DNA from: Sulfurospirillum sp. UBA12182
GTDB lineage: Bacteria > Campylobacterota > Campylobacteria > Campylobacterales > Sulfurospirillaceae
Length of the DNA stretch: 64,000 bases
Assembly (NCBI GenBank): GCA_002742765.1
Contig: DLUF01000059.1
Location: forward strand, 125 to 64,124
Reading direction: 5' to 3'
The translations under genes and the position numbers were made by a program. Shown one piece after another: positions 56,809 through 64,000 of the stretch. The notes below the pieces were generated by a model. That model was not told where the DNA came from. It worked only from the letters and a program-made list of their open reading frames with translations, and did no database searches. Position 1 is the stretch's first letter; the number at the start of each line of letters is the position of its first letter.

Positions 56809-57092
56809 TTTTGTTCTTAATGCAAAAAAGCAGTTGCAATGACAAGGACGAGATTTTACAAAGGTACAAGAGTGAAGAAGAGTTTGTTGTGTGGGTGGGT
56901 CATCTTCAAGTTCTTCATCATCTTCTTGCAAAAAAGTATGTTTTGTAAAAAAGTCAAATCTCAAAAAAATAGCTTGAAGAGTTGTTTGAACACTATAAGC
57001 TAAGATGGCAGCAAATCGAAAATAGTTCTTGCCAAAACCCTTTGGAGATTTCACATATTACCTTTTGTAAACAAGTTTTGTTTTTTTGTGCA

Positions 57093-57101
57093 ATTATAGC
57101 A
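57093..57101 (-). promoter_or_regulatory. Extended -10 promoter element for metE
   Basis: Minus strand TGCTATAAT. It implies a roughly 410-nt untranslated leader before ATG 56675. Confidence 0.45.
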
Positions 57102-57140
57102 GATATCTTAGTGTCTTAACAAGTTTTATATGGCAACAGC

Positions 57141-57154
57141 TTGATAATAATCAA
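57141..57154. promoter_or_regulatory. FNR/CRP-family (HcpR/FNR-type) binding box upstream of hcp
   Basis: Perfect TTGAT-AATA-ATCAA palindrome. A TAAAAT -10 at 57177-57182 would centre the box near -41.5. Confidence 0.5.
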
Positions 57155-57210
57155 TGCTTTATTTAGAGTATTTCATTAAAATTTTGGAAAAATTATTTAG
57201 GAGAAAAAAA

Positions 57211-58542
57211 ATGTCTTTAAATATGTTATGTAACCAATGTTCTATGAGTATGCTAGGTGGTTGTGGCTCAAAAGGACAAGAGGTAGGAACTTGTGGAAAA
57301 GATAAAAATCTAGCACTTTTGCAAGATATCATGATTTATGGTTTAAAAGGTTTGAGTGCTTATAGAACTCATGCAGATGAATTTGGTGCAGATACAAAAG
57401 AAGTAGATGATGTAATGGCTGAAACACTTTACTTTACTTTGACAAATGTAAACTTTAGCTTTGATGACCATATCGCGCAACTTATGAAGATAGGACAAGC
57501 TGGAGTGAGGATGATGGATATCTTAAGTGAGGCTCACACGAGCCATCTAGGTATCCCAACACCAGTGCGTGTTAGCCAAAACAAGGCTGAGGGAAAAGGT
57601 ATCTTAGTAAGTGGGCATAACCTCGATATGCTACTTAAGCTTTTACAAGATACTGAAGGTAAAGGGATTAACATCTATACTCACTCAGAAATGCTTCCAG
57701 CACATGGCTATCCAGAACTTAGAAAGTACCCACACCTCAAAGGAAACATAGGAAAATCTTGGTTTGATCAAAATGAACTGTTTGAAAAATGGAATGGCAC
57801 TATCATAGTAAATACAAACTGTATCGTTCCTCCAACTGCAAAGTCAACGTATACAGATAGACTTTATACTTACGATATCGTGGGTATTAGTGAGGGCAAA
57901 AAGATAGTAGGAGATGACTTTAGTGAAGTGATAGCACAAACTCTAACACTACCAGATGTAGATAATTTTAACTCAGATGAGACACTTAGCACAGGACATC
58001 ACTATAAAACCATCCTGACATTAGCTCCTCAAATTTTAGAAGCGGTACAAAGCGGTAAAATCAAACAGTTTTTTGTTATCGCTGGTTGTGATGCTCCAGG
58101 AAGCGGTGGAGAGTATTATAGAAAGATGGCTGAAAATCTACCAAAAGATTGTGTGATAGTCACTTCTAGTTGTGGTAAATTTAGATTTAATGATATAGAT
58201 TTTGGTGAGATTGAAGGCACAGGAATACCAAGATATTTAGACTTAGGACAGTGTAATGATAGTAATGGTGCAGTGCATATCGCTCTTGCCATCAGCCAAG
58301 CTTTAAATGTACCAGTAAATGACCTTCCTATCGCGATAGTGCTTTCTTGGATGGAGCAAAAAGCAGTGCTTATCCTCTTAGCTCTGTTTAGTTTGGGTAT
58401 CAAAGATATCTATCTTGGACCAAAGCCACCACAGTTTGTCAATGATGATATTTTCGCATTTTTACAGCAAAACTTCAATCTTCATTTGACAGAAACGAAA
58501 AACTATGAGAATGACCTTAAAAACCTTTTAATTACAGCATAA
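57211..58542 (+). CDS. hcp: Hybrid cluster protein (short class)
   Basis: Start moved to ATG 57211, after TAGGAG (57198-57203). N-terminal Cys cluster CNQC...GGCG...GTCGKD. 443 aa. Confidence 0.85.
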   Translation: MSLNMLCNQCSMSMLGGCGSKGQEVGTCGKDKNLALLQDIMIYGLKGLSAYRTHADEFGADTKEVDDVMAETLYFTLTNVNFSFDDHIAQLMKIGQAGVRMMDILSEAHTSHLGIPTPVRVSQNKAEGKGILVSGHNLDMLLKLLQDTEGKGINIYTHSEMLPAHGYPELRKYPHLKGNIGKSWFDQNELFEKWNGTIIVNTNCIVPPTAKSTYTDRLYTYDIVGISEGKKIVGDDFSEVIAQTLTLPDVDNFNSDETLSTGHHYKTILTLAPQILEAVQSGKIKQFFVIAGCDAPGSGGEYYRKMAENLPKDCVIVTSSCGKFRFNDIDFGEIEGTGIPRYLDLGQCNDSNGAVHIALAISQALNVPVNDLPIAIVLSWMEQKAVLILLALFSLGIKDIYLGPKPPQFVNDDIFAFLQQNFNLHLTETKNYENDLKNLLITA

Positions 58543-58547
58543 AACTT

Positions 58548-58582
58548 CTTTACATGTAAGGATTGACTCCTTACATGTAAAG
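58548..58582. terminator. Perfect 15-bp hairpin built from two copies of the iterated palindrome, between convergent hcp and hycI
   Basis: CTTTACATGTAAGGA-TTGAC-TCCTTACATGTAAAG, with every stem position Watson-Crick. It fills the 41-nt gap between the two stop codons (58542 / 58584). No strong U-tract. Confidence 0.55.
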
Positions 58583-58583
58583 C

Positions 58584-59033
58584 TTATCTCTCATCTAAGA
58601 TTGTATCAAGTTCTTGGACTTTTTGAAGGGCTTTTTGGGAAGATTTTTTTGCATTTTCGCTTAGTCCTTCACTAAAATGTAAGACATTTTCTAAAAGAAC
58701 AGATATCCCCAAAAAGATAGTTTTAACACAGATATTTCTAAGATAACTCAAAAGGATAGGTGTTGGTAGATTATGCGTAGAGTAGACATAAGTTCTCTCA
58801 TCACTCAAATCTAAAAATTCTATTTTGTCTTCGTTAAATCCACTCATCGCATCAACAACCACGATAACATCAGGTTCAAATTCTCTAAGCTTTGCAAACT
58901 CATCTTCTGGAGTATCATACCCAAAAAAGACTTTCCAGCTAGGTAAGTGTTCTTCAACTAACCTTCCAACAGCGATAGCAACACCATCATCTCCTCGTAG
59001 TTCATTGCCCACGCACAGTAGTGCTTTTTTCAC
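58584..59033 (-). CDS. hycI: Hydrogenase maturation endopeptidase (HycI-like)
   Basis: 149 aa, ...LCVGNELRGDDGV... Last gene of the hydrogenase operon. Confidence 0.75.
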   Translation of the reverse strand: MKKALLCVGNELRGDDGVAIAVGRLVEEHLPSWKVFFGYDTPEDEFAKLREFEPDVIVVVDAMSGFNEDKIEFLDLSDERTYVYSTHNLPTPILLSYLRNICVKTIFLGISVLLENVLHFSEGLSENAKKSSQKALQKVQELDTILDER

Positions 59034-59042
59034 AACTCTCTC

Positions 59043-59393
59043 CTAAAAATCCAAATCTTTTCTTAATACCAAGTACCCCTCAAGAAGATCTTTTAAGACC
59101 TCCTTGAATGAGCAATCTATCATTTGTGGTAAAAGTTTTGCAGCATGTTCAGGAAAAATCTCTATCTCAAAATACTTACTTAGATTTCCAAGCTTAAACC
59201 TTAGATACTCATCACCATTTTCCAAAATCAACTCGTATTCTTCTTCACTTATCTCTAAAATCTTTTCACTAAAATCAATCGTACCTATACCGTGACCAAC
59301 ACAAGTAGAGAAAATTTTTATCTGATTGAGTTCGGCCGATTCAGATTTTGCACCATCGAGATGTCTCTTGACAAGCTTATAAACTTTTATCAC
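59043..59393 (-). CDS. HycH-like formate hydrogenlyase maturation protein
   Basis: 116 aa. IKIFSTCVGHGIGTIDFSE and SKYFEIEIFPEHAAKLL parallel E. coli HycH blocks as I recall them. Confidence 0.5.
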   Translation of the reverse strand: MIKVYKLVKRHLDGAKSESAELNQIKIFSTCVGHGIGTIDFSEKILEISEEEYELILENGDEYLRFKLGNLSKYFEIEIFPEHAAKLLPQMIDCSFKEVLKDLLEGYLVLRKDLDF

Positions 59394-60218
59394 TTACTTT
59401 TTCCCCCATTGAACTCTATGAAGGCTTATTTTATCCTCTTCTTGACACGCTATATAATGTGTGTAGATTTCATTGTGTAAAATCCCCATACACTCAGCAT
59501 ATCTAGGATCCTCTTCTGTTTGTATCGCTTCAGTAACAGAGATTTTAGTTGCTTTAGGATTTTTAACATCACCACTTTTGATGAGTGCATCCAGATATTT
59601 ATCATAGAGTTTACGTCCAAAAACATAACTCATCAATTTTTTAGCTTCTACTAGCAAATCTCTTTCAAAGAGTGTGTTACCGATGAGAGACTCTTTGATG
59701 AGTGAGGGAATCTCGTTCTCTTCTATATGACTCTCTTTTTGAAGTTTTTGATCCATAACACCTAAAGCAGTTGTTAATCCATAGATTATACTTGCTGGAT
59801 GTGGAGGACATCCTGGTATATAAACATCAACAGGTATGATTTTATCCACACCACTTAAAACACTATATGCATCATAGAAGATGCCTCCAGTTGACCCACA
59901 AGCACCAAGGGCAACGACAAGCTTTGGATCTGGTGTTGCTTCGTATGCACGAAGGAGTGGATAATACATCTGTCTTGTTACAGGACCTGTACAAAGAAGG
60001 ATATCCGCATGACGAGGATTTGCAACAAGCTTAAATCCAAATCGTTCAGGATCCCACATAGGTGTAATAGCGGCAAAAATCTCAATTTCACAACCATTGC
60101 AACTACCACAATCTACACGATAAACACTAAAACTTCTTCCTATATGCTTTAAGAGACTTAGCTTTTCTTCTAAAGCATTTGCATCTTTTATCTCTTGTGG
60201 AACTTCATATGTTTTCAT
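59394..60218 (-). CDS. hycG: Group 4 [NiFe] hydrogenase small subunit (HycG/HyfI, NuoB-like)
   Basis: CGSCNGCEIE...GACG...PGCPP cluster ligands, plus a C-terminal extension. Confidence 0.85.
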   Translation of the reverse strand: MKTYEVPQEIKDANALEEKLSLLKHIGRSFSVYRVDCGSCNGCEIEIFAAITPMWDPERFGFKLVANPRHADILLCTGPVTRQMYYPLLRAYEATPDPKLVVALGACGSTGGIFYDAYSVLSGVDKIIPVDVYIPGCPPHPASIIYGLTTALGVMDQKLQKESHIEENEIPSLIKESLIGNTLFERDLLVEAKKLMSYVFGRKLYDKYLDALIKSGDVKNPKATKISVTEAIQTEEDPRYAECMGILHNEIYTHYIACQEEDKISLHRVQWGKK

Positions 60219-60754
60219 TCTATCACCACCTCTTTGCCAGTTGTAAAGTTAGATACAGTGGCATTTTTTTTGCATGTTGGACAAACACGAAGATAATCTT
60301 TCGCCTCTTCAAGTCTGTTTTGACTTACATTTGCTTTGCTTAAACAATCAAAGCTATATTGAACTAATCTTTTAGCAGTAAAAGGTTTTTTGCATTCTGT
60401 ACAACATTGAACTTCAAGTTCTCCCCTTTGTATGAGGGCAGATTTGTCAAACTTTACTGCTAGTTCAAACTCTTCTGAGAGTCTAATCGCACCTGTTGGA
60501 CATACTTCATCACATCTTCCACAAAAGATACAACGCCCACAGTCAAATTCCCAGATAAGTTTGTTTTGTTCAGCATTTAACTGTACAGTGATAGCATTAG
60601 AAGGACATGCTATACCACATGCAGCACATCCTATACATAGATCAAAGATATAAGCTGGTTTCCCTCTGAAATTATCTGCTACATGATAAGGCTCAAAGGG
60701 ATACTTATGTGTTGTATCACCATATTTTTTGCTGATATCGAGTAATTTCATCAT
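60215..60754 (-). CDS. hycF: 2x[4Fe-4S] ferredoxin subunit (HycF/HyfH, NuoI-like)
   Basis: CIGCAACGIACP and CIFCGRCDEVCP motifs. Confidence 0.8.
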   Translation of the reverse strand: MMKLLDISKKYGDTTHKYPFEPYHVADNFRGKPAYIFDLCIGCAACGIACPSNAITVQLNAEQNKLIWEFDCGRCIFCGRCDEVCPTGAIRLSEEFELAVKFDKSALIQRGELEVQCCTECKKPFTAKRLVQYSFDCLSKANVSQNRLEEAKDYLRVCPTCKKNATVSNFTTGKEVVIE

Positions 60755-62490
60755 CTTAGATCCTTTAGAGGGCTATTTTTTTGTGTTCTTGAGAAATTCT
60801 TCAAATCTTTATTTGTTAAAATTTTACTTTTTTTACTTTTAACATCAACAACAGTAACTCTCTCTGTACACGAGTAACAAGGATCTAGGCTACAAACGAT
60901 GAGTGCCGCGTCTGCGATGGTGTTACCACGAAATTGAAAACGTAAACTTGGCCAGTTGTTATAAGTAGCCGCACGACATCTCCAACGAAATACTTTTTGA
61001 GCACTTCCTTGCATAATCCAGTGTACATTGTCTCCTCTTGGAGCTTCAACATATGCTAGAGCATAATTTTCAGGTTTAACATGGAATTTTGGATCTACGA
61101 TAATCGCTGTTTGAGGCATCATCTCGAAACATTGACGGATGATGGAAACAGAGCTTTTTAGCTCTAAGTATCGTACTGTTTCTCTTGCAAAAACATCACC
61201 ACCCTCTACCACAGCAACGTCAAATTTTACTTGTTTGAAAAAATCATAAGGATGGTCATAACGTGTATCACGTTTTATTCCACTACCTCTTATGTTTGGA
61301 CCAACAGCAGAAAAATCACGCGCTACTTGTTTATCTAAGATTCCAACACCTTTCCAACGACGCATTTGGCGTTTGTCATCCATAACAGCATCCCAAACCT
61401 CATCAACTTGTGCTTCGATGATATTTAAGATTTGTAAACTCTCTTTGATCTCAACACCCGTCATATCTCTTCTTAAACCTCCCATAACAACGTTTCCGTA
61501 GGTTTTTCTACCTCCTGTTACGAGTTCGGCAAGTTTCATAGAGTATTCACGGATTCTAAAGATATGCATAAAAGCATTGTAGTTTCCAGTTACTTCACAA
61601 GCTAGACCTATGTTTAGAAGATGACTATGTAAACGTTCAATCTCTGAACAAATGATACGAATCGCTTGCGCACGAGCTGGAATCTCTAAGTTGATGGCTT
61701 TTTCTGCAGACTCGATACAAGCTATGGCATGGGCATACCCACAGATACCACAAACTCTCTCAGCCAGATATCCCATTTGGTCATAGTTCATTCTATTTTC
61801 GGCAAGTTTTTCCATACCTCTGTGTTGGTAAAATAGTCTATAATCCGCATCAATGATAGTATCCCCATCACAAAAGAGTCTAAAGTGACCAGGTTCATCA
61901 GCTGTGATATGCAAAGGTCCTAATGGTACATCAATGACTCCAGACCCTTCTGGGCGTAAAAAGTCAAATTCTGGTTCCATATAGTGTTCTTTCATATCAG
62001 GACGATACCTATAATCCATAGCATCTTTTCTTAGTGGATGTAAGTTATCTGGCCAATCATCGCTAAGAACTAAACGTCTTTTATCTGGTAAACCTTCTGC
62101 TATAAGTCCAAACATATCATATGCTTCTCTTTCATACCAGACACAAGCAGGTACTTTTGGAGTTACCGAAGGATATGTGAGTGTATCAGGAGAGATAAGT
62201 GTTTTTACTGTAACAAAACATTTTTCATCTTGAGCAACTTCATCTCCTTCAAACATTTTACCACCCTCCATTGAGAGTACATAGTAAAGAGCAAAATGTT
62301 TATTTATCTCTCTTTCATCATTTGGAATCATAGTTGAAAGATAACCACCCATGTCATAGTAAAGAAAACGAACTGCTTCAGGAAGGTCATTAAGCTCAAC
62401 CAAAGCAGTCACTTGATCTTCATATTGTCTTGTGACTTCTAAAACTTTAACTCTTTGTCCTAGTGCTTCTATAAATATATCACATTTCAT
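60751..62490 (-). CDS. hycE: Group 4 [NiFe] hydrogenase large subunit fused to a NuoC-like domain (HycE/HyfG)
   Basis: RVCGICGYAH N-terminal Ni ligands and C-terminal DPCYSCTER, followed by a cleavable tail VTVVDVKSKKSK... as in E. coli HycE. Confidence 0.85.
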   Translation of the reverse strand: MKCDIFIEALGQRVKVLEVTRQYEDQVTALVELNDLPEAVRFLYYDMGGYLSTMIPNDEREINKHFALYYVLSMEGGKMFEGDEVAQDEKCFVTVKTLISPDTLTYPSVTPKVPACVWYEREAYDMFGLIAEGLPDKRRLVLSDDWPDNLHPLRKDAMDYRYRPDMKEHYMEPEFDFLRPEGSGVIDVPLGPLHITADEPGHFRLFCDGDTIIDADYRLFYQHRGMEKLAENRMNYDQMGYLAERVCGICGYAHAIACIESAEKAINLEIPARAQAIRIICSEIERLHSHLLNIGLACEVTGNYNAFMHIFRIREYSMKLAELVTGGRKTYGNVVMGGLRRDMTGVEIKESLQILNIIEAQVDEVWDAVMDDKRQMRRWKGVGILDKQVARDFSAVGPNIRGSGIKRDTRYDHPYDFFKQVKFDVAVVEGGDVFARETVRYLELKSSVSIIRQCFEMMPQTAIIVDPKFHVKPENYALAYVEAPRGDNVHWIMQGSAQKVFRWRCRAATYNNWPSLRFQFRGNTIADAALIVCSLDPCYSCTERVTVVDVKSKKSKILTNKDLKNFSRTQKNSPLKDLR

Positions 62491-62498
62491 TATGAGTC

Positions 62499-63968
62499 CT
62501 ATTGTTTTATTATAGTTTTAACGCTCTCATCAAGGAGAAACGTAAATGATTCAAATTGCCACACACCAAAAGCGATAATCAAAAAAGCTAACGCTAAAAG
62601 TGGGAGATTTTCGCTTAACTTCATCTCACTGTTGTGTACAACTTTACCCTCAACTTTACCAAATGTTGCAAGGAAAAAGTGTGAAAAATCAGCGATAAAG
62701 ATGATAGCCAAAGCGATAGCAAAAATCGCCATTAAAAGATATTGTCCATCAAGTGCAGCTGCTTTGAAAATCAAAAATTCACTAACAAAAATCGCAAATC
62801 CTGGTACCCCTACCAAAGAACAAATCGCTATACCAAAGAGTACAGCAGTAACTGGAGCTATACGTATCATAGAGCCCATTTTAGTCATGTCTTTTGTTCC
62901 ATATATTTTTGCTATATTGCCTGTTGAGCAAAAAGCAAGAGCTTTGGTAAAAGAGTGAGCTGCACAGTGAAAAAGTGCTGCAAAAAATCCGATAGTTCCA
63001 CTCACTCCTAAACCAAAAGCAATAACCCCCATATGAGCGATGGAGTGGTACGCAAACATCCTTTTAACATTGTGTTGACGAATGAGGAAAAAGGCTGCGA
63101 TAAAAAGAGTCAACGTACCACTGACAAGCATAATCATCTGAACAAATTCTAATCCTACCCCATTTGCAACGATAGCATAGTAACGTATAAGTCCAAGCAT
63201 GGCACACTTCAAAAGTACCCCTGAGAGAAGTGCTGAGGTAGGTGCTGGACCTTCTGCGTGAACATCTGGTAACCAAGTGTGTGTAGGAGCAAGCCCTGCT
63301 TTTGTACCAAAACCGATAAGTGCAAAGATGAAAACAAGTTTTAATGCCATAGTATCTATGTTTTCAGCATTTGCTAAAAGGTTTGTATAAAGCATTGCCT
63401 CTCCATCTACTTTTCCATTTGCTGCTGCATAAAGTAAAATAGTTGCATAAAGTGCAAAAGCCAAACCAATACTACATAAAACGATATATTTATATCCACT
63501 CTCTGTAGATTTTTTATCTTTTTTTACTGCTACTAGAAAAACAGATGCTAAAGTAGTTGCTTCGATAGCTGCCCACATAAAAGCCATGTTGTTACAAATA
63601 ACACTTAAACTCATAGTCCAAGTAAAGATAAAACTGAGTGCAAAATAGTTTTTTACCCCTCTTAAATCTATATGACCATCTTCTAATTCCCATTTCATAT
63701 AAGTTGTTGCATAGATATTTACAAGTAACCCTGTAATAGCTATAAGAGATAAAAATATCGCTCCAAGTGAATCCAAAAAGAAGAAGTGGTTAAATAAACT
63801 TAATTCTTCTTCATGAACAACTTTTCCCACAGCATTCAACAAAACCCCTGAAACAATGAGGTTTAAAAAGATATGAGATTTTTTTAATACATTATATTGA
63901 AGTGGCATCAAGAACATGATAACACCAAAAATAAAAGGTATAGTTAATATTAGTAAAAGAGTATTCAT
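62499..63968 (-). CDS. NuoL/M/N-type antiporter-like membrane subunit (HyfF/HyfD-like)
   Basis: 489-aa polytopic protein with the proton-pump subunit pattern (...TWLPDVHAEGPAPTSALLSGVLLK...). The operon continues beyond the window. Confidence 0.7.
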   Translation of the reverse strand: MNTLLLILTIPFIFGVIMFLMPLQYNVLKKSHIFLNLIVSGVLLNAVGKVVHEEELSLFNHFFFLDSLGAIFLSLIAITGLLVNIYATTYMKWELEDGHIDLRGVKNYFALSFIFTWTMSLSVICNNMAFMWAAIEATTLASVFLVAVKKDKKSTESGYKYIVLCSIGLAFALYATILLYAAANGKVDGEAMLYTNLLANAENIDTMALKLVFIFALIGFGTKAGLAPTHTWLPDVHAEGPAPTSALLSGVLLKCAMLGLIRYYAIVANGVGLEFVQMIMLVSGTLTLFIAAFFLIRQHNVKRMFAYHSIAHMGVIAFGLGVSGTIGFFAALFHCAAHSFTKALAFCSTGNIAKIYGTKDMTKMGSMIRIAPVTAVLFGIAICSLVGVPGFAIFVSEFLIFKAAALDGQYLLMAIFAIALAIIFIADFSHFFLATFGKVEGKVVHNSEMKLSENLPLLALAFLIIAFGVWQFESFTFLLDESVKTIIKQ

Positions 63969-64000
63969 GTGATTATCCCTTTAGATTGATTGCTTTAGAA

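Noticed and set aside
56700-56900. Assignment of the metE leader to the cobalamin or SAM-I riboswitch class
   Set aside because: Purine-rich strings that superficially resemble GGGAA/GGTG cores (GGAGGGTGAACACC, GGAAGAGGGCAAC) are on the plus strand, antisense to metE. On the sense strand I found only a weak GTAAAATC...GCAACTG resemblance and no B12 box. The class is left open.
56710-57054. 114-aa minus-strand ORF between metE and hcp
   Set aside because: It lies entirely in the metE 5' leader and has no SD. Its Cys/His/Pro/Phe-rich composition is unlike the other proteins here. The GC-rich structured character of the region is better explained by regulatory RNA.
57154-57210. Upstream starts offered by the ORF track for hcp (57154), the thiF-like gene (314), recN (25666), fbp (42048), sorA (45176) and sorB (46518)
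   Set aside because: In each case a downstream ATG sits at a proper distance from an AGGAG/GGAG-type SD, or forms an ATGA junction. The protein families begin at those residues.

Overview
AT-rich (about one-third G+C by eye) chromosomal segment that looks like a Campylobacterota (epsilonproteobacterial) genome. I call 67 protein-coding genes. I saw no rRNA, tRNA, CRISPR array, transposase or integrase. Most content is core housekeeping. Gene order recalls Campylobacter jejuni (from memory, not searched): rodA, pseudouridine synthase, flpA-like FN3 lipoprotein, trmB, ftsEX-like, M23 peptidase, pyrH, rpoZ, spoT, tyrS; and mobB, fbp, small Cys protein, metG. Other core blocks are hisB-kdsC-lptC-lptA-engB, mrdA, aspS-adk and recN-nadK. 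Accessory-looking modules: (1) a divergent ubiquitin-like/E1-like pair at the left edge; (2) a four-gene operon of di-haem cytochrome c, NicO-type metal permease, DUF1007-like protein and a small periplasmic protein, next to a PhoX-like lipoprotein; (3) sodB with dsbA/dsbB-like genes and sorAB; (4) a GluRS-derived protein lacking catalytic motifs; (5) higBA; (6) a GlnRS with a GatB/YqeY-like tail; (7) an AraC-Ogt fusion; (8) metE with a roughly 400-nt structured leader; (9) hcp behind a perfect FNR-type box; (10) a formate-hydrogenlyase-type group 4 [NiFe] hydrogenase operon running off the right edge. The strongest signal not explained by gene content is a highly iterated palindrome, (C)TTTACATGTAAA(G). 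There are 13 perfect 12-mers, 12 one-mismatch copies and 6 weaker copies, mostly inside genes on both strands. This resembles cyanobacterial HIP1 or a DNA-uptake sequence. One inverted pair of copies forms a perfect 15-bp hairpin between two convergent genes. All product calls come from motif recognition in the supplied translations; no database search was possible.
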